Shown one piece after another: positions 26,871 through 38,547 of a stretch of DNA of 64,000 nucleotides. The notes beneath the pieces are model-generated. The model was not told the DNA's origin, made no database searches, and was given only the letters and a program-made list of their open reading frames with translations. A program made the position numbers and the translations under genes. Source of the stretch: Octopus sinensis (Eukaryota). Each line of letters starts with the position of its first letter. Position 1 is the stretch's first letter. Location: the NCBI RefSeq assembly GCF_006345805.1, contig NC_043006.1:27528001-27592000 (forward strand), read 5' to 3'.

Positions 26871-28619
26871 TCCTTTTTTTTGGTTATTCTGGTGTGTTTG
26901 TTTCGAGTGCGTCATTGTGAAGAGGTTGTGAGTTCGAGTTCGTTGGAGGACGTGGAAAAAATTTTTTTGGAGATTTTTGAAAATGCAAGAGCAGACTTAT
27001 GCGAGAGCAGCAGGCAGAGGCCTGGTTGCCAGTGAACTGGAAATGGAAGAAGTGGTGGTCGAACAGAAAACTTTAGAAAAATATTTCGACAGTTTGAAGA
27101 GGGAGGGTGACTGCGTGAGAGTCACACCGTCCGAAGAGGAAGAAAGCAACGCGGAGAAGTGTATGTTAACGTACAGGACATGGTGTGTGGCGTCGAAAAA
27201 ATAGAAGCAGCAGAGACGGAAGAAATAGAAGAATGTCTGAAGTTAATTGAGGATGAACCCACATTTTTCAAAAGAGGAAGGAGATATGCCACAGTGGTGG
27301 TACATTTTAAAAGTGAAAATGAAAGAATGCAAGAAAGAATGCAACAAGAATTTTGAAAACGGATAGTTGGACTTTACTACCAAGTTACTACGGAAGGAGG
27401 GCAGCGAGGATAAGGATTAGTAGAATTTCGCCCGAATTTAATATGGAGAGGTTATTAGCGGCAGTAGTCTTCAACTGCAAGGATAGTGTGGAGGTGTTGA
27501 AGGTGGAGAAGTCAACAGAGATTAAGTGGTGGGGATATGCGGTGCAGGTTCTGGCACATATAACCGTGCGAGACCTGTACAACATCCCGGAGGAGTTGGT
27601 CTTCCCTGATGAGACACGGCTTAGAGTCGTGGTAGAGGGAAGACCCCCAGTCTGCTATCATTGTAAATTAAGGGGCCACATGAAGGATGTGTGCCCGCTG
27701 GAGAAGACGAAGGCACCGGAGGCTGTAATAGAGGAGTGTAAAGATGCGTGTGTGGAGGAGGGAGAAGTACAGGAGGAAACGAAAGCAGTGGAGGCACAAA
27801 CGGAGGAGCAGCTAAATGAGGATATGGAAGAAGAATGAGCAAGTGCAGAGGAGGAAAGAACAGAAGATAGGAAGAGAACAAGGGTGGAATCACCACCGAA
27901 AGTTCTAAAAAAGAAAAAAATCAAAAGCAAGATAACAGAAGAAAAAGAAGAGAGAACGTGCAAAGAAAAGGAAGTAAAAGAGAAGGCGAGAGAGCAGACA
28001 AGGACAGAGTTTGACCAAGAATGGGAGACAAAAGTGAAAGAGCAGTTGGAAGCGTGTAAAAGGGAAGAAGGCCTGCAGGAAAAAACCTGAAAGCATTTGT
28101 GATGTATATCAAAGATACAGAAGTGGAAAAGAGACTTGCAGGTAGGAAAGGGTTGGTCAGGGTGAAGTTGAACCCAAAACTGTATGGTGACGATGTAAAA
28201 GGCGCAGTTATAGAAAAAGAAACATTCACAAAATTGAAAAAGATATTTAATGCTATTTATATAACGCATTATGTACGGTATGACAATTTACCAAATGTAA
28301 TAGACCAAATGGACTTAATAGAATATATGACGGACGAACGTCCAATATAAAAGAACTGGAATATATGTAATGTTAAAATGTAAAATTGTTAATTGTAAAA
28401 TTGTAAAATGTAAAATTGTATTTTGAACTGGAATATATGTAATTGTAAAATGTACAAGTGTATTTTAAACGGAACTGCGAGTTGGAGGTTCGTAAGCCGT
28501 TCCATCTCATTACATATAATTCATCTTTATTTCATATTTTATTTTTATTTTATGTACCCCATGTCCCGTCTTGTAATGTCCCCTCTGAATTAGGGCCATC
28601 GTGCCCATAATAAAGATAT
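26871..28619 (+). mobile_element. ORF1-only (gag-like, CCHC) non-autonomous LINE derivative, L1/Tx1-like
   Basis: 13-bp TSD AATATCACCAGCC (26858-26870, 28620-28632). Disrupted ORF 26977-28350 with CYHCKLRGHMKDVC. AATAAA near the 3' end; no EN or RT coding. Confidence 0.8.
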
Positions 28620-28649
28620 AATATCACCAGCCGACCGGTGTCTGCTACT

Positions 28650-28693
28650 CTAGGCCGATGAAGGACAATGATCCTGAAACACTGCGTCCCTAG
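28650..28693 (+). ncRNA. Type I hammerhead motif (U4>C)
   Basis: CTAGG-CCGATGA-AGGA CAATGA TCCT-GAAA-CACTGCG-TC-CCTAG: perfect stems I and II, GUC site. Confidence 0.7.
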
Positions 28694-28860
28694 ATGCAGT
28701 TCCGGCGGCCGGAGGTGTTTGTCTCCCCTTCGTATATGTATATAAGGACACCGGGAAAAAATGTGTTGAAGCTATCAGGAGGCGTTCGATGCCTCCTAGG
28801 GCTATACAACGGTGGTGTACCCCCTACTGTCACGTTCTTGTTAGATTGACAGTATACAAC

Positions 28861-28900
<40 letters not shown>

Positions 28901-28918
28901 ATTATATATATAATATAT

Positions 28919-28964
<46 letters not shown>

Positions 28965-29003
28965 ATATATACACACACACACACACACACACATATACAT
29001 GTG

Positions 29004-29315
29004 AAGGCACATGGCTCAGTGGTTAGAGCGTCGAGCTTACAATCGTGAGGTTGTGAGTTCAATTCCTGGATCAGGCTGTGTGTTGTGTTCTTCAGCAAGA
29101 CATTTTATTTCACATTGCTCCAGTTCACTCAGCTGCAGAAATGAGTTGTGACATCACTGGTACTGAGCTGTATCGGCCTTTGCCTTTCCCTTGGTTAACA
29201 TCAGTGGTGTGGAGAGGGGAGGTTGGTATGCATGGGCGACTGCAAGCCTTCCACAAATAACCTTGCCCGGACTTGTGCCTGGTGGGGTAACTTTCTAGGT
29301 GCAATCCCATGGTCA

Positions 29316-29320
<5 letters not shown>
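29004..29320 (+). mobile_element. tRNA-derived SINE
   Basis: A box TGGCTCAGTGG and B box GAGTTCAATTCC. A second copy lies on the minus strand at ~32225-32552. Confidence 0.8.
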
Positions 29321-29360
<40 letters not shown>

Positions 29361-29805
29361 ACGGACAGATAGATAGATAGATAGATAGAGAGAGAGATAG
29401 ATAGATAGATAGAGATACACACACACACATATCAATTCGTTTTGCAAGATTCCTGATGTGAAATCCTGTGTTGAAACAGATATTGTTGTATTCGGATGGT
29501 CATATTTTCATTTTTTTGGCAAATAAACATGCAATATATATTTTTTTTCTTCACTCGTTTATTACCATTCTTATTTTATTATTTTAACTCATGTCTATTG
29601 TCTGGAAATCTTTCATTACACATCTGTGTTGTTTTCTATCTTATCCTTTCTCTAATTCCCTTTATATAATTTAATTTGAGAATTAATTTTGTTAGAAAAT
29701 ACATTATTTAATAATTAGGTGGCATATTTATTAAGTAGTATTACATTTAAGTAAATTAGGTTTTATATTAATTGATATTTTGGTCAACTTTATTATTGAG
29801 TGACA

Positions 29806-30646
29806 GGGAATGTAAAATAAAACCATTTTCCATCTATTTCCTGTACCATGGTTTCAAGCTATCTTCTGCAAATAGAATAATTTGCTAGGTGCAGCTATCA
29901 TCAGCAGGAAAGCCAAGATTAACATATAAATACGAGGCAATACAGAATATGCCTTGTGCTTGCATGTTATAATTTTTAAATCCACCGCGCAAGCACATAT
30001 TTATTTCTTTTTATCAGCAGCAAATAGAAAAAATGCCAATTTTCTTCCAAAATTTTTCACCTATAGCCTATTATGGCTATCTCTTATGTGTTTAAATGTA
30101 CACTGTATTTATATATAGTCTATTGACTAGTTTTTTTTCTTCATGCTAGACCACTAGTAGCAAAAAAATTTCTAAATAATTTTTTGCTACCCTGAAATTT
30201 ATTAATAAGGATTTTTTGACTAAACTGGAAGAAATTGGCATTTTTTCTATTTGCTGCCAATAAAAAAATCTGCATTTGCGCGGTGGATTTGAAAAATTAT
30301 ATAACGAGGCATTTCTGTATTGCCTCGTATTTATATGTTAATCTTGGCTTTCCTGCTGATAATAGCTGTGCCTAGCAAATTATTTTATTTGCTGAAGACA
30401 GCTTGAAACCATGGTACAAGAAATAGATGGTAAATGTCTTTATTTTTCATTCTTTTTCAAAATTACCCCTTATAGTGGTTTGGATTTTAACTACTCCTTC
30501 TAGCGGGTTAGATGTCCTGTTATGTACACTGTATTTATATGAATAATATATAGTCTATTGACTAGTTTTTTCTTCACACTAGACCACTGGTAGCAAAAAA
30601 ATTTCTAAATAATATTTTGCTACCTTGAAAATTTATTAATAATGAT

Positions 30647-30683
<37 letters not shown>

Positions 30684-31575
30684 CATATACATACACACAC
30701 ACATATATAATTAATAATGTCAGAGTAATAAAGATTTTAGAAATCGGAGAGCGTTACCACTAGAATAAGAATTGCCTGGGCATATAGAAAAATAAGTCAA
30801 TAGACTATATATTATTCATATAAAATACAGTGTACATTTAAACATATTAAGAGGTATTCATCATCGGACACCTTTATGCAAGAAGGAACAGCTAAAGTCC
30901 AAACCACTAATTAGGGATAAATTCTCGAAGGGAATGAAAAAAATAAAAACATTTACCATCTATTTCTTGGACCATGGTTTCTGACTTTTTTTAGCAAATA
31001 AAATAATTTACCAGGCGAAGTCTTCATCAACAGGTATGCCAAGATTAAGCATATAAACCTAAGGTCAATCCAGCATGTGCCACTGGATTATACATTTTAA
31101 TTTTTCAAATCCATCACACAAGTGCAGTTTTTTGTCAGCAACAAAAAAAAAATGCCAGCAATTTCTTCGAACGAATTTCCCAGAAATCATTATACATAAT
31201 AATATCATTTTAGAAATTTTTACTACCAGTGGCCTAGCGTATAGAAAAATTAGTCAATAGATCATATATTATTCATATAAAATACAGTGTACATTAAAAC
31301 ACATTCAGAGGTATCCATCATAGGACTCCCTTATGCTAGAAGGAACAGCTAAAGTCCAAACCACTAATTAGGGATAAATTCTCGAAGGGAATGAAAACTT
31401 TGCTAAAAAAAAGTCAGAAACCATGGTCCAGGAAATAGATGGTAGATGTTATTATTTTTAATTCCTTTTGAGAATCTATCCCTAATTAGTGGTTTGGACT
31501 TTAACTGTTCCTTCTAGCATAAGAGAGCCCTAAGATGGATACCTCTTTATGTGTTTAAATGTACACTGTATTTTA
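29806..31575. mobile_element. Array of direct and inverted copies of a hammerhead-bearing ~450-bp unit
   Basis: Inverted arms at 29806-30050 and 30226-30452, with further copies to 31575. Hammerhead motifs at 29838-29910(-), 30350-30422(+), 30964-31034(-) and a half copy at 31399-31434(+). Confidence 0.8.
29838..29910 (-). ncRNA. Type I hammerhead ribozyme motif
   Basis: TTCCTG-CTGATGA-TAGCTG..GCAAAT/ATTTGC..TAGCTT-GAAA-CCATGG-TA-CAGGAA: perfect 6-bp stem I, palindromic stem III; U.U mismatch at the base of stem II. Confidence 0.8.
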
Positions 31576-31704
31576 TACACACACACACATATACATATAT
31601 ATTATATATATATATATACTATATTATATATATAATATACATAATATATATACATATATCTACATATATATATATATACATTTAATATATACATGTAATA
31701 TACA

Positions 31705-31747
<43 letters not shown>

Positions 31748-31864
31748 TATACATATAAATATATATACATACATATATATATACATATTATATAGCTACA
31801 TAAATATATATATATGTGTGCGTATGTATATATATATATGTGTGTGTGTGTGTATATATAAATA

Positions 31865-31906
<42 letters not shown>

Positions 31907-31915
31907 AATATATAT

Positions 31916-31947
<32 letters not shown>

Positions 31948-32224
31948 TTAGCATCGTTTTCCATGCTAGCATGGGTTGGACGGTTTAACTGGGGGTCTGT
32001 GAAGCCGGAAGGCTTCATCAGGCCCAGTCAGATTTGGCAGTGTTTCTACGGCTGGATGCCCTTCCTAATGCCAACCACTCCGTGAGTGTAGTGGGTGCTT
32101 TTTACGTGCCACCTGCACAGGTGCCAGACAGAGCTGGCAAACATATATATATATATATATATTTGTGTGTGTGTTATATATATATGTATATATGTATATA
32201 TATATATGAATATATAAAAGGGGT

Positions 32225-32552
32225 AAAGACCCCCTTCGGTCATGAATGACCATGGGATTGCACCTAGAAAGTTACCTTCCTAGATACAAGTCCGGGCAAG
32301 GTGTTTATGGAGGCCAGCAGTCGCCCATGCATACCAGCCTCCCCTCTCCACGCCACCAGTGTTATCCAAGGGAAAGACAAAGGTCGATACAGCTTGGCAC
32401 CGTGACGTCGCAACTCACTTTCTACAGCTGAGTGAACTGGAGCAACGTGAAATAAAGTGCCTGCTCGAGAACACAACACGCAGCCCGGTCCGGGATTCGA
32501 GCTCACAACCTCACGATCGTAAGGTCGACTCGCTCTAACCACTGAGCCATGC
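32225..32552 (-). mobile_element. tRNA-derived SINE (same family as 29004-29320)
   Basis: Reverse-complement match; B box GAGCTCGAATCCC. Confidence 0.8.
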
Positions 32553-33539
32553 GGCTAAATAATATATATATATTATATATATTATATATAGATTATATAA
32601 ATATATATATATATATATAGAATATATATTATATATTATATATACACACATATATACATACATATATATGTGTATTTATATCAACATATATACATATATA
32701 TATGCATGCATATACATATGTATATATGTATGTATGTCTATTTATATGTATATATATATTCCTATATATTCTTTAAGAAAGCCTTCAACAGTTATATATA
32801 TTATTTTCAAGTTTAAACTTTTATTATTTTATTATATTTTACAAATCTTTTTAATTGTTATATTTATAGATAAGTCTATGCATTTTGCAAATGTCTTTTA
32901 TCCGATTTTATTATTATATACACTGAGCAATTTTTTAAAAAGTTGTTTATATATATATGTTGGGATCTAGATGTGTCTCTATATGTGAATACATGCATTG
33001 TAGGCATGCATATGTATTCGTATCTGTGTGTCTGTGTATGTGTATAAGTATATGTGTATGTTTATATTTATGTACATAGTACATGGACGTATATGTATAC
33101 GTATATACACTTATCTTTGTGTGAACATGTATTTACGTACATATTTCTGTATATTTATATACGTAATCACACACACACACATATATATATATGAATATAT
33201 ATATATATATATAAATGTATATATATATATATATATATATCTATATATATATATATATATAAGATATATATATATATATATATATATCCTTAAATCCTTA
33301 AAATCCTTAAAAATGTTCTAATCCGAAGGCCGCGGCCATGCTGGGGCACCACCGCTGAATGAGCTCCCTAGTTTGTGAATCCACCTCTGATACGTGGCAC
33401 TTGATCAACAAGGGAGTTCGATGCTGCTGCCCGCATCCGTGTCTCCTGTCGTGAGGTAGTTCTCTGGGACTCCCAACAAGAAGAGATCCAGTTTAGTTTT
33501 AAAGAAACCCACATCCCACCATGTAAGTCTCTCAGGCAT

Positions 33540-33562
33540 TTATATATATATATATCTTCCTG

Positions 33563-33597
<35 letters not shown>

Positions 33598-33745
33598 TGT
33601 ATATGTATATATATATATTTATGTATATAGATATATATCTATATATATTATTTATATATGTATATATATGTATATATATAGATAGTATATATATATATAT
33701 TATGTAGATGTATATATATCTGTATTTAGTATATATATATATATA

Positions 33746-33842
<97 letters not shown>

Positions 33843-33961
33843 GTGTGTATATTATATATATATTGTGTATATATATATATATTATATAGAATATATAATA
33901 TATATATAGTATATATTATATATATATTTATATATTATATATATGTGTATATATATATATA

Positions 33962-34004
<43 letters not shown>

Positions 34005-34041
34005 ATATATATATATATATATGATATATATATATAATATG

Positions 34042-34075
<34 letters not shown>

Positions 34076-34155
34076 TGTATATTATCTATATATATATGTA
34101 TAATATATATTGTATATATATATATATATTGTATATATATATATATATATATGGG

Positions 34156-34189
<34 letters not shown>

Positions 34190-34242
34190 CCGTATATTAT
34201 ATATATATATATTATAATATATATATAATTTATTATCTTATA

Positions 34243-34278
<36 letters not shown>

Positions 34279-34787
34279 ATATAATTATATATATATAATA
34301 TATATATGTATATTATATTATATATATATATATATATTATTATATATATATATATATATGTATATATCAAACAAAATCAAAATAGATGACATCAATGGAA
34401 TTTGTATCTTTGTGGTGGCACACAAGAAAACCATCCGAACGTGGCCGTAGCCAGTACCGCATCAACTGGCCTCCGTGCTGTGGGCACGTAACAAACACCA
34501 TCCGAACGTGGATGTTCGCCAGCCTCATCTGGACCTGTGTCGTGGCACATAAAAAACACCATCCGAGCGTGGCCGTTCGCCAGCCTCGTCTGGCACCTGT
34601 GTCGGTGGCACATAAAATCACCCACTACACTCTCGGAGTGGTTGGCGTTAGGAAGGGCATCCGCTGTAGAACACTGCCAGATCTGACTGGCCTGGTGCAG
34701 TCTTCGGGCTCCCCAGACCCCAGTTGAACCGTCCATCCCATGCTAGCATGGAAAGCAGACCTTAAATGATGATGATGATGATATCTA

Positions 34788-34837
<50 letters not shown>

Positions 34838-34848
34838 TATATATATTA

Positions 34849-34890
<42 letters not shown>

Positions 34891-34982
34891 GTATATATGT
34901 ATTATATATATATATATATGTATATATATGTATATATATATGTATATATATGTATATTAATATATATATATTATATATATGC

Positions 34983-35060
<78 letters not shown>

Positions 35061-35232
35061 TATATATCTATATATGTATATATATAATGTATGTATATAT
35101 ATATATCCATTTATATATATATATATATATATTATACATTAATATATTATATATTATATATATATATATATTATATAAATGTATATATATATATATACAT
35201 ACATATATATATTACATATATATATATATATA
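33540..35232. repeat. Long degenerate (TA)n tract containing an RTE 3'-UTR copy (34367-34780, +)
   Basis: Direct reading; source of the YI-repeat pseudo-ORFs. Confidence 0.9.
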
Positions 35233-35536
35233 TCTTCTACTAACGCCTCGGGCCGACCAAAGCCTTGTGAGTGAATTTTGCAGACAGAAACTGAAAGAAT
35301 CCCATCGTATATATGTATATATGCATGTATGTGTGTGTATATGTTTGTGTATGTTTGTTTGTCCCCCCACCCCCAACATGGCTTGACAACCGATGGTGGT
35401 GTGTTTACGTCCCTGTAACTTAGCGGTTCGGGAAAAGAGACCGATAGAATAAGTTCTGGGGTCGATTTGTTCAACTAAAGGCAGTGCTCCAGCATGGCCA
35501 CAGTCAAATGCCTGAAACAAGTAAAAGAGTAAAGAG

Positions 35537-35576
<40 letters not shown>

Positions 35577-35599
35577 TATACTCTTTACTCTTTTACATA

Positions 35600-35785
35600 T
35601 ATATATAAGGATCTTCGTGTAATGATGAGATCCAGCTGATGCCAGTGGTGAGATCTTGGATGTCTCCAAAATGCCTTGTGGGATGTCTTGTTGGCAAAGA
35701 ATGTGTTAGTGATGCATAGGTTATGGTATGTGCAAAATTCAAATAGTCTCTGACCAATGTTATTCAAGATGCCATTACCAAAACA
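35600..35785 (-). pseudogene. RTE-type AP endonuclease fragment
   Basis: NNIGQRLFEFCTYHNLCITNTFFANK..WRHPRSHHWHQLDLIITRR. Confidence 0.85.
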
Positions 35786-35840
35786 CATACACTTACATAT
35801 ATATATACGATTGATTTGTTTCAATTCCTGTCTACGAAAT

Positions 35841-35886
<46 letters not shown>

Positions 35887-36359
35887 ACACACACACATAG
35901 ACTTACATATGTACATACAATTGATTTCTTCCAGTTTCTGTCTACAAAATCCACTGACAAGGCTTTGGTTGGTCTGAGGCTATAGAGAAGACACATGCCA
36001 AGTTACCACACAATGGGACTGAACTGAGCACCATGTGTTTTGGAACCAAGTTTGTTACTACACAGCCACACCTGCGCCTATATATATATCATCTGTGAAT
36101 AAATTTTAAAATTGATGATATCACCAGCAGTGACATAGGTGGATCGCAGGCACAATAGCATTAAATAGCTATGAATTATAAATTTGTACAAAGCGTAAGG
36201 ATGCTTAACAAGCATCCACCTGCTATAAATAAGAGCTAAAGTCTTAAATTTATCCACCGTACCGCACCAAGATAACAGAGAAAAACAGTAAGTGAGGAAA
36301 ACAGAAAGGATTAAAACATTTAACAACACAAATAAAAATATTATGCAATTAAGGATATT

Positions 36360-36411
36360 CACAAACTAGGTTTCGGCTTCTGAGTATTTAAACCCTGAGC
36401 TTCGTCAAGTG
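36360..36411 (-). ncRNA. Degenerate hammerhead motif
   Basis: CAC-TTGACGA-AGCT..AGCC-GAAA-CCTAGT-TT-GTG: C3>U and an imperfect stem III palindrome. Confidence 0.45.
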
Positions 36412-36499
36412 TGGCCTTTCAGGTTATAATCCATAACTCTCACATTAAACTCTGACTGTGGAACTGGTTTTGTTTTGCGCCAAAAACAGAGCACATATA

Positions 36500-36885
36500 T
36501 ATACTCTTTTACTTGTTTCAATCATTTGACTGCGGCCATGCTGGAGCACTGCCTTTAATCGAGGAAATCGACCCCCAGGACTTATTCTTTGTAAGCCTAG
36601 TACTTATTCTATCGGTCTCTTTTGCCGAACCTCTAGGTTACGGGAACATAAACACACCAGCATCGGTTGTCAAGCGATGTTGTGGGGACAAACACAGACA
36701 CACATATATATACATATATACAACGGGCTTCTTTCAGTTTCTGTCTACCAAATCCACTCACAAGGCTTTGGTCGGCCCAAGGCTATAGTAGAAGACACTT
36801 GCCCAAGGTGCCACGCAATGGGAGTGAACCCGGAACCATGTGGTTGGTAAGCAAGCTACTTACCACACAGCCACTCCTGCGCCTA
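36500..36885 (-). mobile_element. Full-length tRNA-derived SINE (abundant family)
   Basis: Head TGGCTGTGTGG..GGTTCCGGGTTCACTCCC; tail CAGCATGGCCGCAGTCAAATGATTGAAACAAG. Partial copies near 4700, 20945, 24260, 35235, 37375 and 57990. Confidence 0.8.
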
Positions 36886-37529
36886 TATACATTTATATAT
36901 CATCTTTCTTTTCTGGCATAGATGTTTAAACAAGGGTCATGTTTTTTTCTCTCTCTCTCTTCTATCTTTTTCTTTTCAAAAAGAAAGTATTTTTTTCTCA
37001 GCATTCACTATTTTCCTCTTGTTCTGGTCTAACAACCCTTCATGTTTGTTTTCATTCGGTTTCATTGTATGTCTCAACTGTCATTTTCTTTTTCCCAACT
37101 TTGAGCCTCCATAAATCCTAAATTTTATTTTAGAATTTATGGGAGCAACTGTCATTAAAGACTCATATTGTTGTTGAATGCTTGAAATGAGGAGTAGACA
37201 GACAGCTGACAACTGATGAAGGGTCTTTTCTCTGTGTTAACTTGTCCTGTTTTCCATTTTTTCTCATTGTTTATGTATTTCACTTGTTTTCCCCTTGTCT
37301 TTTTTTTTTACATATTTCATGCAATTAGCACTGGTATACATATATACACATATCTATATATCTCTCTCTCTTTTACTCTTTTACTTGTTTCAGTCATTTG
37401 ATTGTGGCCATGCTGGAGCACCGCCTTCTAGTCGAGTAAATCAACCCCAGGACTTATTCTTTGTAAGCCTAGTACTTATTCTATAAGTACTAGAGACAAT
37501 GGAAAGTAAAGTAGGGTTACTGGAGATTG

Positions 37530-38370
37530 CCTAAGGGGTGTTCAGGATATGTACTGCATGGTTATTTAGGTTGCATTTAGATTTGTGGTAAAATTTGAAC
37601 GTATGAAAAAAGCGGTGGTTGCATGTACCTAGGGCCTCATTATATTTATTTAGTAGTATTGAAGAGTTGTGTTTTAATATGTAGAATGCATCTTTTAGGC
37701 ATAACTTACAGGCTGAGTGTTCACCCTGGTGTGGAAGCCGTGAATCTATTATAGACCATGACAAGATGTATGGAATATTTCTATTTTTGAGATGATGTAT
37801 GTGACTGGAAAGTGTTGTAGATTTACTGTGTTACTCATATCTAAAAGAACTGAGATGCAGAGCATATCACTATTTGAAATTTATAGTTGACCCTATATAA
37901 TATGGTTGTAGAACTGTTTAGCGTGTTGAGGACGGTGCATTTATAAATTACTAGCAGTATCGCCCGGCGTTGCTCAGGTTTGTAAGGGAAATAACTATAA
38001 AATAGCTAAAAAATGGAAAAAAATGATGGTAAATTTTTTTTGAGAGTAAAAAAAGGTGGAGTTGCGTCCCCTAGATAGTTTGCGGTTTGTGTTTCTGATT
38101 CTCGACCCCATGTCGAATTTATCGATTTTTTTCAGAACTGGGGGAACTTTTCAAAATTTTCGCTGCGTTAGTTTTGAATTATGACATTGGGCTATGTGTG
38201 TGTCGAGTTTCATCAGAATCGGTTGAAAGCCGTGGTCAGGGTGAGGGTACAAGCAAACAGACACACAGAAACACGCACAGACAAACTGCCGTTTATATAG
38301 AGAGAGATGCAAGAACTTCTACAATGGGTTTGTAGAGGGCAGATGGTCCCAGGGTGGAAGTTACATGATA
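37530..38370 (-). mobile_element. Penelope-like GIY-YIG remnant interrupted by a HINE-like element
   Basis: CPLQTHC..|YKCTV..WSIIDSR..CKLCL..LLNK..CNH is typical of PLE endonuclease C-termini; continuous across the insertion. Confidence 0.7.
37950..38308 (+). mobile_element. Helentron/HINE-like element, copy 2
   Basis: Same termini and 3' ~200 bp as 1490-1922. Confidence 0.6.
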
Positions 38371-38380
38371 GTTACAGGGT

Positions 38381-38421
<41 letters not shown>

Positions 38422-38492
38422 ACAAAGTATGGGGGTTTAGTTCACAGGTGATCTAAACAGGTATGCTAGGTAAGTGCCATAATGGATTCAAA

Positions 38493-38547
38493 GTCTTACA
38501 GCTGTTTCTGGGATACCCCGAGTATGGGATATTCCATCATCAGAGAC
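38493..38547 (-). ncRNA. Type I hammerhead ribozyme motif (intact core)
   Basis: GTCT-CTGATGA-TGG.ATATCCC ATACTC GGGGTAT.CCA-GAAA-CAGCTG-TA-AGAC. Lies in a PLE 3'-like region (~38400-39420). Confidence 0.8.

Larger units (their letters stand above)
26672..28868 (+). mobile_element. Hammerhead-bearing direct-repeat element (365-nt period) split by an insertion
   Basis: 70-bp direct repeats at 26672-26741 and 28799-28868. The offset of 2127 minus the 1762-bp insertion+TSD gives 365. Confidence 0.7.

Noticed and set aside
27658-28269. 203-aa and other minus-strand S/F/L-rich ORFs
   Set aside because: Antisense shadows of the purine-rich ORF1.
33708-35386. Many 60-160 aa YI/MYV/HT-repeat ORFs (also 182-441, 3005-3287, 14461-14844, 31559-31947)
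   Set aside because: They are translations of (TA)n, (TATG)n and (CA)n microsatellites.
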